A DNA stretch of 64,000 nt, from the NCBI GenBank assembly GCA_051859245.1, contig JBHYGA010000006.1:64001-128000 (forward strand), given 5' to 3'. The DNA comes from Gemmatimonadaceae bacterium (lineage in GTDB: Bacteria; Gemmatimonadota; Gemmatimonadetes; Gemmatimonadales; Gemmatimonadaceae). Positions 38,401 through 47,141 of this stretch are shown here, one piece after another. Numbering within the stretch: the stretch's first letter is position 1; each line of letters starts with the position of its first letter. Position numbers and translations under genes: made by a program. Below the pieces are notes generated by a model that was not told the origin of the DNA, ran no database searches, and was given only the letters and a program-made list of their open reading frames with translations.

Positions 38401-38427
38401 CGCTGGCACACCAGTGAGCAGAGACAT
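35413..38427 (-). CDS. Fusion of phosphotransferase (APH/hydroxylysine kinase-like), M23 peptidase-like domain and class III aminotransferase/phospholyase
   Basis: LPSERDQNF, IHGDVNDYN, DFGD (kinase); IHIGLDL, YGHL (M23); NNVAHVGH, SGSEANE, DEVQTGFGR, GKPIANG (PLP class III). Confidence 0.9.
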   Translation of the reverse strand: MSLLTGVPAFTAEQAALLAERYLGVTGSVLMLPSERDQNFRLRTAHAGEFVLKVSNAHTSAAIIEAECAMLRHVSATALCPTLVPALDGELICMHDGHMVRLITALPGEPLGTVSLHTDALRRDVGRAVAALTNALSGFDHAALHRDFHWDLARAPEVIREHASRVSNHAVRDAVTAFQTQYERDVAPRLAQLPMSVIHGDVNDYNVLVDARMQRATGLVDFGDAVFSHTVNDLAIAMAYVALGADDPLAAAAQVLHGYHAVRALNETEIDVLFTLMCTRLCVSTCLAATQRAERPDDPYLAISQQPIERTLPRLSAVHPRFARYTFRHACGLSPVPQSPRIVQWLVQHATEFAPVLGQDLRVTPVVPLDFSAGSALISSQTALNEPALLDQRIQHLLDRAGATIGAGGYDEARLIYHWPLEPRASEPRTIHIGLDLSAPPGTPIFAPLDGEVYGFEFADAHHDYGPVIVLRHVTTGEHPVEFFALYGHLSLDSLSKLKIGQQITKGTEFARIGSAPTNGNWWAHVHVQLIVDMLDVPCNVNGAVRASQRAVWHSICPDPNLLLGIPAAHLATHDTAPEIAAARARLLSHNVSVSYGDAPLNIVRGFGQYLYNQHAHRFIDAYNNVAHVGHSHPRVVRAVSDQLAVLNTNTRYLQEQLTEYAEALTATLPDALSVCFFTASGSEANELALRLARSYTNARDMIVMDAAYHGHTTTLIDLSPYKHNGPGGQGPPDWVHASPIPDTYRNRGYTGEPGAWFAAQVGLVIDQLQQTDRALCGYIAETCPSVAGQIMLPTGYLAAVYDRVRAAGGVCIADEVQTGFGRIGSHFWAFEQHQVLPDIVVLGKPIANGYPMGAVVTTRAIADRFDNGMEYFSTFGGSTAACVAARETLAVTLEEKLQHNAQRVGDSLLQGLRNLAHTHDIIGDVRGAGLFLGVELVRDRETRTPAADEASHVVQRMRAHGVLAGTDGPHHNVIKLRGPMCLSLHDAEQILHVMEQALRETPR

Positions 38428-38678
38428 GCAAAACTCGTGGAAGTCAAACTGTGCGTTCGCGCAACTGGCGCAATATGGCGAACCGGACGCGGTTATGTGA
38501 TCCGATTCGGTGTTGATGGCGTTACGCCAGCACGACGGGAACTACTGGCCGTCACGCCGGATACTTGTGTCACCCCCAGCCTCTGCCGAGTATCTGCAGC
38601 TTGAAAAAGGCACCGCGTCCGCGCGTTTCACTCATCATTTTTCCGGGGACTGGGTCCTATGAGCAAGCTGTGATTGTC

Positions 38679-39329
38679 ATGATCGGCGTTCCGTTAGCTT
38701 CGCTCATTCTCTCAGTTGCTGAGCCGCGCGAGTTTTTGCAGTTCGCACCGGGCGACGGTGGGCGCGCGCTGCCTGCGGAATGGCGAACGCGCGCAGTTCG
38801 TGGTCAGTCTGCGCCCGTGTCGATCGTGGTCACCGATACGGGTGGTGCGCTCCTTCGAGTGCAGGGGAAATCACAAGCCGGTTGGTTTGTCCGACAGGTT
38901 GCGCCCGTACTGCGTCCCGCCTCGGGTCGACTCTCCTGGTCATGGCGAACGTTGATTCATCCGCAATCCGCCGATCTGCGTTCGGAAGCGACGGATGATG
39001 CCGCACTTCGGGTGTTCGTTGCATTTGGACCGATTCGCGCGATCGGTCGCGCACCCAAGACGATTTTCTACTCGGTGAGCGGCGCAGAGCCCGTCGGGTA
39101 CGAACGCGCCGGATTTGCGTCGCGCGACGTGTTCGTAATCAGCATTGAAAAACCATCGGCCGATTGGCGCCGCGTCGAGGTGGATCCGTTTGCTGACTTC
39201 GAACGCATCTGGAAGACACCTCCGCCCGCCATCGCTGCGGTGGGCTTTCTGCAGGACACCGAACAAACGAGGGAGCGTGCGATGACTGACATCAAATCTT
39301 TAACCTGGGTTCCCGGCCGTGAAGATTAA
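38679..39329 (+). CDS. DUF3047 domain protein
   Basis: LSWSWR...ADLR...DDAALRVFVAF...DFERIW...DTEQT pattern; start uncertain. Confidence 0.7.
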   Translation: MIGVPLASLILSVAEPREFLQFAPGDGGRALPAEWRTRAVRGQSAPVSIVVTDTGGALLRVQGKSQAGWFVRQVAPVLRPASGRLSWSWRTLIHPQSADLRSEATDDAALRVFVAFGPIRAIGRAPKTIFYSVSGAEPVGYERAGFASRDVFVISIEKPSADWRRVEVDPFADFERIWKTPPPAIAAVGFLQDTEQTRERAMTDIKSLTWVPGRED

Positions 39330-39780
39330 CCGTAGTGCATCATTGCTCATGGCGCTCTGCATTGTTTCCGCCGCCGCGTGCAACTCTGCCGAACCTCCCG
39401 TGGCGCCCGATGCGGTGCCGGTTGCGCCGTCTCCGACGGGACCGATGGTGCCAGCGGATTCCGTCTCCTCCGGTCGATTTGTTCGCACTGGATATCCGGT
39501 GACGGGAGTCGCTACGCTGGCAATTGCGAACGGCGTGGCGCGACTCGAGTTGAGTAGCGACTTCACGCTCGGCAATCCACCAGGCCCGGTGTTGTACCTC
39601 AACACCACCAACAATCCAAACACCGGCCAGCCGCTTCGTATTGGCGCGCTCCGAAGTCGCAGCGGAGCGCAGACCTACACGTTTCAGGTGCCCGCCAACG
39701 TGAGTTATCGCTGGGTCATTATCTGGTGTGATCCATTCAACGTGCCGATCGCAGAAGCATCGGTGCCTCCAACGCCGTGA
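39319..39780 (+). CDS. DM13 domain lipoprotein
   Basis: Lipobox AAAC; GPVLYL...IGALRSRSGAQTY...VIIWCDPFNV. Confidence 0.8.
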   Translation: MKINRSASLLMALCIVSAAACNSAEPPVAPDAVPVAPSPTGPMVPADSVSSGRFVRTGYPVTGVATLAIANGVARLELSSDFTLGNPPGPVLYLNTTNNPNTGQPLRIGALRSRSGAQTYTFQVPANVSYRWVIIWCDPFNVPIAEASVPPTP

Positions 39781-39821
39781 GCGAGGAACCATCCATGCGC
39801 GCGTCACATCTATAGCTTGGA

Positions 39822-41291
39822 CTACTCGTCGCTGTCGTCGTCTTTCGCGCCCGGTCCATTGAGCTTGTTGCGCAGCGTACGCACCGAAATGCCAAGCAGC
39901 TCGGCGGCCTTCGTGCGGTTGTCGCCACTGGCGGCGAGTGCATGCTGGATCAGCACGCGTTCAGCGTCGGCAACGTTCAAGGAGCCGAGTGAAATGCTGC
40001 CGGGTTTTGAACCGGTGGGCGGAGTGGCCGCGACGCCACCCGGTGGTGTGGCCACGGCCCCGTTACCACTGTTCGGCGTGGCGCGCATGCCGCGCGCCGT
40101 CGTCGCACCCAGCGAGTGTGCGAGCCCAAAGCGCGTGCCTTCGAGGCAGTGTGGCTGGATGATCGGATCGGGTGTGAGAATCACCGCGCGCTCAATCACA
40201 TGCTGCAGCTCGCGCACATTACCCGGCCACGAATACTGCTGAAGCGCGTGCAGCGCGTCGGGTGAGAGTCCTTCAATCTTCTTGCCAAGTTCGTGCGCGA
40301 CTTTCATGGCAAAGCGAAGCGCGAGTACCGGCACATCTTCCGCACGATCACGCAGCGGCGGGATCTGAATGGGAATCGTGCTCAGTCGATAGTACAAATC
40401 CTGACGGAAGGTGCCCGCCTCCACTTCAGCGGCGAGATCGCGGTTCGTTGTGGCGATAATGCGCACGTCTACCTTGATCGGACTGGTACCGCCGACGCGT
40501 TCAAACTCCTGCTCCTGCAACACGCGCAGAAGTTTGGCCTGCAGGTCGAGACGCATTTCGCTGATTTCGTCGAGGAGCAGCGTGCCACGATGCGCTCGCT
40601 CGAATGCCCCCTCAACCCGTTTGATGGCGCCGGTGAAGGCGCCTTTTTCGTGACCGAACAGCGAGCTCTCAATGAGTCCTTCGGGAAGCGCCGCGCAGTT
40701 CAGTTGAATGAACGCCTTCTCGCGACGCTCGCTCTGATCATGCAGCGCGCGGGCGAACAGTTCTTTTCCGGTACCCGACTCGCCCTGCAGCAACACCGTG
40801 GCGCGCGTTGGTGCTGCCATGGCCACCGTCTGCATGATGCGACGGATCGGTGCGGAATCACCAATGATCTGCCGTTCATTGCGATACTGCAGGACTTCTT
40901 TGCGCAGTGCTTCGTTTTCACGGCGCAGTCGCACGAACTCGAGCGCCTGATCAACCGCGAGCTCCATCTGCTGCGGTCGCACCGGTTTGGTGATGTAGTC
41001 GATGGCGCCGGCCTTGATCGCGGCCACGGCATGTTCAATAGATGCGTAGCCGGTGAGCATGATCAGCGGGATGTCGTAACCCTCCCGCGCCAGCATGGCC
41101 AGAAACTCGAGGCCGGTGAGGCCTGGCATGCGATAATCACTGATGATCAGGTCAATATCGCCGCGCGGCAATATCTGCAGCGCCTCTGGCACGTTACGCG
41201 CGCCGATGGCCGTATGTCCCGCCCGCTCCAGCGTATCCTGAAGGATTAGTCCGACACTTGGTTCGTCATCAACGTACAGGATGGTTGCCAT
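39822..41291 (-). CDS. sigma54-dependent response regulator (NtrC family), candidate flagellar activator
   Basis: Receiver domain (VDDE, SDYRMP); GESGTGKE, GAFTGA, LDEISE, WPGNVREL; Fis-type HTH. Confidence 0.93.
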   Translation of the reverse strand: MATILYVDDEPSVGLILQDTLERAGHTAIGARNVPEALQILPRGDIDLIISDYRMPGLTGLEFLAMLAREGYDIPLIMLTGYASIEHAVAAIKAGAIDYITKPVRPQQMELAVDQALEFVRLRRENEALRKEVLQYRNERQIIGDSAPIRRIMQTVAMAAPTRATVLLQGESGTGKELFARALHDQSERREKAFIQLNCAALPEGLIESSLFGHEKGAFTGAIKRVEGAFERAHRGTLLLDEISEMRLDLQAKLLRVLQEQEFERVGGTSPIKVDVRIIATTNRDLAAEVEAGTFRQDLYYRLSTIPIQIPPLRDRAEDVPVLALRFAMKVAHELGKKIEGLSPDALHALQQYSWPGNVRELQHVIERAVILTPDPIIQPHCLEGTRFGLAHSLGATTARGMRATPNSGNGAVATPPGGVAATPPTGSKPGSISLGSLNVADAERVLIQHALAASGDNRTKAAELLGISVRTLRNKLNGPGAKDDDSDE

Positions 41292-41348
41292 GCGGCCTGA
41301 GCGGATGCGTGAGGGGACATTCTTGCCGAGCGCGACGCCGTGACGGAA

Positions 41349-41393
41349 CCGGCCGATCGTGAAATAGACGCACCTCTGGTGTGACGTGCAACC
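41349..41393 (-). repeat. Copy 1 of a 45-bp imperfect direct repeat (putative promoter)
   Basis: CCGGCCGA-N6-AATAGACG-N9-TGTGACGTGCAACC; same blocks and spacing at 42240-42284. Confidence 0.75.
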
Positions 41394-41405
41394 CTGAACG
41401 GGAGA

Positions 41406-42191
41406 TCAGGGCGCGGGTTTGCGAATCACGATTGCCTGCTGAATGCCAAAGCCACCCCCGGAGAACTCCCGTTCGAGCGCGAAGAAGCGCTCGTTCACAG
41501 GGTTGCTGAAGCCGGGATACGCGGAAGCATCGGTGACGAGTTCCCGAAGAAAACGCGAACCGAGATAGTAAATCGACGAGAAGTCTTCGACCTCGTATTG
41601 CAGATGGCGCCCGCGCAGAAACGCGTCGAGCGACGACATTTTCAAATAGCGGTTGAAATCGTGCTCGACCAGTGGCGGCAGCGCCTTGAGCGCCCGCATG
41701 GCATTCAATAGAACAAGCGGCTCCCAGAACCCTTCGGAAAGCACCACGAGACCATTGGGTTTGACGACCCGCAGGCACTCGTCGATCCCCTGCTTCTGTT
41801 CTTCCCATGTGGGCAGGTTGATCAATACGCGCGTGGTGTACGCCAGATCGAACGTGTTGTCGGCGAAATCGAGAGCGCGCACGTCTCCGACATGAAAGTC
41901 GAGAGCGGTGGTATCGGATCGGCCTTGGTTGCTACGAAGGGCGGCATCGATCATGGCCGGCGCAAAGTCGACGCCAGTTATGGCCGCCGGCTTTCGCACT
42001 TCGGCCTGCCGGAACGCGGAATATCCGTTTGCGCAGCCGATATCGAGCACCCGATCATGTGGCCCAATATGCTTGCCGATCGTCTCGATTTCGAGATCGA
42101 TCATCCAATGATCACCCCAGGAAGCCCAGTGCGAGTCGGCATGCGTATGTGCTTGCTGCTCCCAGTATTCCTTGATGTGGTCCTTGCTCAT
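41406..42191 (-). CDS. Class I SAM-dependent methyltransferase
   Basis: Start ATG 42191; VLDIGCANG, GVDFAPAMI, FHVGDVRALDFADNTFD. Confidence 0.9.
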   Translation of the reverse strand: MSKDHIKEYWEQQAHTHADSHWASWGDHWMIDLEIETIGKHIGPHDRVLDIGCANGYSAFRQAEVRKPAAITGVDFAPAMIDAALRSNQGRSDTTALDFHVGDVRALDFADNTFDLAYTTRVLINLPTWEEQKQGIDECLRVVKPNGLVVLSEGFWEPLVLLNAMRALKALPPLVEHDFNRYLKMSSLDAFLRGRHLQYEVEDFSSIYYLGSRFLRELVTDASAYPGFSNPVNERFFALEREFSGGGFGIQQAIVIRKPAP

Positions 42192-42223
42192 CGACACCTC
42201 TGAAGGGATTCCTGTGCCGACGC

Positions 42224-42250
42224 TCAAGATCTGCTGAGCCCGGCCGACAC
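42224..42250 (+). promoter_or_regulatory. sigma28 (FliA)-type promoter for flgL-fliW
   Basis: TCAA-N15-GCCGACAC upstream of flgL. Confidence 0.65.
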
Positions 42251-42284
42251 TGTAATAGACGTGCGCCATCTGTGACGTGCAACC
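42240..42284 (-). repeat. Copy 2 of the 45-bp imperfect direct repeat
   Basis: CCGGCCGA-cactgt-AATAGACG-tgcgccatc-TGTGACGTGCAACC. Confidence 0.75.
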
Positions 42285-42324
42285 ACGCTGGCGCGTGATC
42301 CTGTTTCCCGGTTCTCAGTCGCCG

Positions 42325-43236
42325 ATGCGCGTTACCAATCAGACGGTTCTTCGCAACAGCATCAGTCGTCTGCAGCAGAATCTGCAGTCAGTGGAACGCG
42401 CGCGAGAAGATATCGCGTCGGGTCTGCGGTTGCGTAAAATGTCGCAGGATCCGACCTCCGGCTCCGAAGTGGTGCGCGTTGGCAGCTCCATGCGCGCCAT
42501 TGAGCAGTTCCGTCGCAACATTCGCATGGCGACGGCCAAGGTGGATACCGAAGAGCGCGTGCTCGACAGTCTGACCAACGGACTCGGCCGCGCCCTTGAG
42601 CTCGCCGTGTCGCAGGCGTCAAGCACAGCGACCGCCGCAACGCGCTTGTCGGTAAAGGACGAGGTAGATTCGCTGATCGGCTTCGTAGTCGGACTCGCAA
42701 ACACCCGTTTTGGCGACGACTTCCTGTTTGGCGGCACACGCGGCGGTGAGGCACCGTTTCAGAATCCGCCCACGGCCGGTGGCGACTTTCGCGCCTTGGA
42801 GAATCCGCCTGGTACGCTGGTAGATCCGTCGGGCACGATTCCGATCGAGATCAGCGACGGCCGCTTCATGGTGCCCAATCACGACGGCACGCAGGTGTTT
42901 CTCGATACGAACGCGCTGTCGAGTCTGCGCGATCTGTCAGAAGCACTTGGGGCCAACGATGTCGCCGGAATTTCCACCGCGATCGACAGTCTGCGCGAAT
43001 CTGCGTCCAGCGTACAGTCGTTGATTGGTACGCAGGGTGCGCGTGCGAACGAACTCATGGCGGCAGAAACCTCGCTGGGCGATCTCGAACTCACGCTGAA
43101 GGCATTCCGTTCAGAGCTGCGTGACACCGAGGTCGACAAGGCGATGGTCGAGCTTGTAGGACGCCAGACGATGTACCAGGCCGCCATGTCGGCCACCTCG
43201 CGAGTGCTTGGATTGAGCCTCGCCAACTATCTATGA
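42325..43236 (+). CDS. flgL: Hook-associated protein 3 FlgL
   Basis: MRVTNQ start, IASGLRLRKMSQDP, ANT...FLFGG, C-terminal YQAAM...LSLANYL. Confidence 0.93.
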   Translation: MRVTNQTVLRNSISRLQQNLQSVERAREDIASGLRLRKMSQDPTSGSEVVRVGSSMRAIEQFRRNIRMATAKVDTEERVLDSLTNGLGRALELAVSQASSTATAATRLSVKDEVDSLIGFVVGLANTRFGDDFLFGGTRGGEAPFQNPPTAGGDFRALENPPGTLVDPSGTIPIEISDGRFMVPNHDGTQVFLDTNALSSLRDLSEALGANDVAGISTAIDSLRESASSVQSLIGTQGARANELMAAETSLGDLELTLKAFRSELRDTEVDKAMVELVGRQTMYQAAMSATSRVLGLSLANYL

Positions 43237-43763
43237 GCGCTGGCTTCGACGGATCGAACGCCAGCGTCCCGCCCGACCCTTCCATGCTTGTGGCACCATC
43301 TGCTGTTGAAACGTCAGTTCCCGAGCGCGTTATCGAATCGCTCGTGCTTGGTGATACCGTCATTCCCGCGGAAAGTCTGTACACGTTTCCAGAAGGGATG
43401 CACGGATTCGAATCGCACCGAGAGTTTGCTCTGGTTCCGTGTGAACGCCCGAGTTTCTGGTGGTTGCAGGCGACGGACGAACCAGGCCTCGCATTTCTGC
43501 TGGTGGATCCGTTTGTGGCGCACGCCGGCTACGAGGTGGATCTCGGCGCGGGTGACGAGAAGTTTCTTGGACTCACGAACGCCTCCGATGCTCTGGTGCT
43601 CACGGTGGTGACCCTGCCTGCCGCGAAGGGACAGCCTGCCACGACCAACTTGCGCGGTCCGCTGGTGTTCAACACAGCGCAGCGTCGTGCACGGCAGATT
43701 GTGAGCAACGTGGAAAGCTACAGTCTCCACGCCACGGTAAACGTTACGCCACGCGATTCGTAG
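43233..43763 (+). CDS. fliW: Flagellar assembly factor FliW
   Basis: FPEGMHGFE, FWWLQ, LAFLLVDPF, TTNLRGPLVFN. Confidence 0.93.
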   Translation: MSAGFDGSNASVPPDPSMLVAPSAVETSVPERVIESLVLGDTVIPAESLYTFPEGMHGFESHREFALVPCERPSFWWLQATDEPGLAFLLVDPFVAHAGYEVDLGAGDEKFLGLTNASDALVLTVVTLPAAKGQPATTNLRGPLVFNTAQRRARQIVSNVESYSLHATVNVTPRDS

Positions 43764-45018
43764 CAGCGGTGAGCGCCGAGTGGCGCCGCCGCTGAGCGGC
43801 CGCCACTCGTGCGACATCCTTCGGCAGCAACAATCCACGTGACGCAAGCGCACGCGCGTCGATGTCCGCCGGCATTCCATACTGTTCGAGCACCGCTGCG
43901 GTGAGCTGCTTGAGATAATCCGGAATGGGCTCGTTCGTCGGCGCTGCGAAATGGCGTGCAAAAAACTCGGGATGGTGCTCAACGGTGCCCGCCGGATCCG
44001 TGAGATGCGCAATTGCGCGCGCACCAAACTTCACGTGATCGTGCCACTGCTGCACATACGCGAGCCCCTCGTGCGCTAACTGCGTGCGAGACTCTCGGTT
44101 TGTGAGCAGTCGACGCAGTTGCTCCGTTGTGGCTCGCACGTCAGGGGTAATGCGGCACAGTGGACGCGGCGCGGGCAATCGCTCGATCTCCGGTGAGTCG
44201 CTCGTCGCCACTGCACACCCACTCGCCCATGCGTCCACGGTGGTGCGGCCGTGCATGGCATTGTTGGTTTGATCAATCACAACGTCCGCATTGCTGAAAA
44301 TACTGAGCAGCTCGGTGTGCGGAACGTTCTCGATCAGCTGGAGCTCAAATGCCACGCCCTCGGTTCGAAGTTGCTCCAGGGCCGCGAGAATCACATGTGA
44401 CCCTTTGCGCCCTCGACTCGACGGTGCATGCACCACCAACGGTACCTCACGGCCGTGCACTTGCGGCAAGTATTTCGCCAGCTGAATCGGAACGCTGGCG
44501 TGATGGTACGGTCGGATGGCCAGTGACGCGAAGTTCGGCTGCGCGTACACCACATCGGCAAACAGCTCCATCATGCGATGCGCGTGCATTGTCGCCGCAA
44601 GCGGCATCAGCTCGAACCCTTCGGCGAGTGACAGGCCGTGCTGCTCGTACAACTGCGAGTACGCCGCGCCGGCGCGAATGTCACAGCCAAGCGCCGTATA
44701 GATGATGCGCTTGCCCAGTTTGCGGTACAGCGGCAAATCGCTCAAATCATCTACGAAACTGTGACGGGCCCACTGGAAGTACAAGACATCATGCTGCGAG
44801 ACGAGGTTGCCGAACTCGATGGCGTCGAGGGCAGTGGTGGCGCGATTTGAGTAGTCGTAGTCGTACGTGTCAGGCCACCACTCGTTGCGCACCTTCACAA
44901 CCGTTGTTACGTGATGACCGTTGGCGCGAAACGCGTCGGCAACAACAGGAAGTAGTCCGGCGATTTCGCAGGTGCCAAGCAGAATGCGCAGCGGTCGGTC
45001 TGTGGGAAGCGGCTGCAT
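43744..45018 (-). CDS. Glycosyltransferase (GT-B fold)
   Basis: VHAPSSRGRKGS, IENVPHTE, ADVVIDQ, WASGCAV. Confidence 0.8.
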   Translation of the reverse strand: MQPLPTDRPLRILLGTCEIAGLLPVVADAFRANGHHVTTVVKVRNEWWPDTYDYDYSNRATTALDAIEFGNLVSQHDVLYFQWARHSFVDDLSDLPLYRKLGKRIIYTALGCDIRAGAAYSQLYEQHGLSLAEGFELMPLAATMHAHRMMELFADVVYAQPNFASLAIRPYHHASVPIQLAKYLPQVHGREVPLVVHAPSSRGRKGSHVILAALEQLRTEGVAFELQLIENVPHTELLSIFSNADVVIDQTNNAMHGRTTVDAWASGCAVATSDSPEIERLPAPRPLCRITPDVRATTEQLRRLLTNRESRTQLAHEGLAYVQQWHDHVKFGARAIAHLTDPAGTVEHHPEFFARHFAAPTNEPIPDYLKQLTAAVLEQYGMPADIDARALASRGLLLPKDVARVAAAQRRRHSALTAATNRVA

Positions 45019-45024
45019 GGTTGG

Positions 45025-46206
45025 TCAGATGCTCTGAAAATGCTCGGCGCCAACACCAGGAACACACACCGCACGGTGTGATGCGGCCCAGCGTTCAATG
45101 CTGTCGACAACTTGCGGCACGTGTTCGTGAATGCCGTGCCAGAGTGGTAGTCGCACGAGTGAGTCTGACGCACGAAGCGTGCGTTCAAGCGAGCCGTGTG
45201 TTCGCGCGTAACGATGGCCGGCCGGCGTATTGTGCAGCGGCTGGTAGTGGAACGTGGCGCCGAATCCGTCTTGTGCGAGAGAACGAATCAATGCGTTGCG
45301 TTCGGCTGGCGAGTTGCAGCGCACAAAGTAGATGTGGCCGTTGAGTGTTGCCTCAGACGGAACGACGGGTCGCATGAGCACCTGGTCGTGCTCCAGCGGT
45401 TCGAGCAGGTCGTGGTATGCGTACCAGCTTGCACGCCGGGTTTCGGTCACCATCGCACATGCTTCAAGCTGCGCCAGCAGAAAGGCGGCCGTGAGCTCGT
45501 TCGGCAGATACGACGAGCCGAGGTCACGCCAGGTGTAGCGATCCACCTCGCCGCGCAAATACTGCGAACGGTCCGTGCCTTTCTCGCGCAGCAGTTCGGC
45601 GCGCGCCATCCACTGGGGGCGCGACAAAAACGCGCCGCCTTCGCCAGCACCAATGTTCTTGGTGGCGTGAAAGCTGATACACCCCATGTCTCCGACTGCA
45701 CCCAGCGGTACGCCGCGCCACTGCGCGCCAATGGCTTGCGCGGCATCTTCAACAAGTGCGAGTCCGAACTCTGCCGCAATCGCGCCCAATGCATCGAGAT
45801 CAGCCGCGATACCGGCGTAGTGCACCACAAAGATCGCCTTGGTGCGCGACGTAATGGCGGCCCGCACGCATTGAGGATCAATGTTCATGGTGCGATCATC
45901 GATGTCGACAAACACTGGTGTCGCACCACGCAATGCCACCGCATTGGCGGTAGACGTGAAGGTGAACGACGGCATGATCACTTCGTCACCGGGCGACAGG
46001 TCCAGCAGCAGCGCGCACAGCTCCAGCGCCGCCGTTCCGGAATGCACCAGCAACGCACCGCGCCCCGGGTGCGCCAGCTCCAGCCACGATCGCACACGTT
46101 TGCTAAACGGCCCGTCGCCCGACAAATGTCCGTGGGCCATCGCCTCGGCAACATACGCCGCGCCGAACGGCGACACGTAGGGTCGTGTGAATGGAACGCG
46201 AATCAT
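45025..46206 (-). CDS. wecE: dTDP-4-amino-4,6-dideoxygalactose transaminase (DegT family)
   Basis: GDGPFS, MPSFTFTSTANA, VHYAG, EDAAQ, SFHATKN, REKGTDRS, GSSYLP. Confidence 0.9.
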   Translation of the reverse strand: MIRVPFTRPYVSPFGAAYVAEAMAHGHLSGDGPFSKRVRSWLELAHPGRGALLVHSGTAALELCALLLDLSPGDEVIMPSFTFTSTANAVALRGATPVFVDIDDRTMNIDPQCVRAAITSRTKAIFVVHYAGIAADLDALGAIAAEFGLALVEDAAQAIGAQWRGVPLGAVGDMGCISFHATKNIGAGEGGAFLSRPQWMARAELLREKGTDRSQYLRGEVDRYTWRDLGSSYLPNELTAAFLLAQLEACAMVTETRRASWYAYHDLLEPLEHDQVLMRPVVPSEATLNGHIYFVRCNSPAERNALIRSLAQDGFGATFHYQPLHNTPAGHRYARTHGSLERTLRASDSLVRLPLWHGIHEHVPQVVDSIERWAASHRAVCVPGVGAEHFQSI

Positions 46207-47141
46207 GCGGCGACACGTGGACGTGATGTAAGCGATGCATCAGCCACTGGCGCGACCATCGTATTCGTAAACGATTCCTCGCGCACGATCTGCCGCAAAT
46301 AGGCGCCGTAGGCCGAGCTTCCGTAACGAGCGGCAAGCCGCTCCAGTTGTTCGGTAGAGATATATCCCAGTCGAAACGCGATCTCTTCCGGGCAACTCAC
46401 CTTGAGGCCCTGCCGCTCTTCAATCGCGTGCACAAATGCGGAAGCGGCCATCAACGATTCGGGCGTGCCCGTGTCGAGCCACGCTGTGCCGCGACCCAGG
46501 CGGTTGAGACGCAGCGTTCCTTCGCGCAGGTAACGCGCGTTGAGGTCAGTGATTTCGAGCTCACAACGTGGGCTGGGCGTGAGTTCGCGTGCATAGCGTG
46601 GCGCGTTTCCGTCATAAAAGTACAGGCCGACCACAGCGAGCGATGAACGCGGTACGGCGGGCTTTTCCTCCAGCGAAAGCACCCGTCCTGCGGCGTCAAC
46701 TTCGGCCACGCCATACGCCGATGGATCACGCACCTGATAACCAAAAATCGTGGCGCCTTCGCGCTGCGACGCGGCCTCGCGCAGTCGTGGCTCAAGGCCG
46801 CTGCCGTACAACACATTGTCGCCGAGCGCGAGGCACACACCGCGATCGTCAACGTGATGTTCACCAATGCACAGCGCCTCCGCAATGCCGCGCGGTGCAT
46901 GCTGCACTGCGTACGTCAAGCTCAAACCCAGCGATGAGCCATCACCGAGCAGTTCGCAAAAGCGCGGCAGCTCAGACGGCGTACTGATAATGAGCACGTC
47001 GCGGATGCCAGCCAGCATCATCGTGGAGAGCGGATAGTAGATGAGCGGCTTGTCGTACACCGGCAGCAACTGCTTGCTCACTACCGCCGTGAGCGGATAC
47101 AATCGCGAGCCGGCGCCGCCGGCGAGCAAGATGCCCTTCAT
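46203..47141 (-). CDS. rmlA: Glucose-1-phosphate thymidylyltransferase
   Basis: MKGILLAGGAGSRLYP...SKQLLPVYDKP; LGDN; EEKP; WLDTGT. Confidence 0.96.
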   Translation of the reverse strand: MKGILLAGGAGSRLYPLTAVVSKQLLPVYDKPLIYYPLSTMMLAGIRDVLIISTPSELPRFCELLGDGSSLGLSLTYAVQHAPRGIAEALCIGEHHVDDRGVCLALGDNVLYGSGLEPRLREAASQREGATIFGYQVRDPSAYGVAEVDAAGRVLSLEEKPAVPRSSLAVVGLYFYDGNAPRYARELTPSPRCELEITDLNARYLREGTLRLNRLGRGTAWLDTGTPESLMAASAFVHAIEERQGLKVSCPEEIAFRLGYISTEQLERLAARYGSSAYGAYLRQIVREESFTNTMVAPVADASLTSRPRVAA

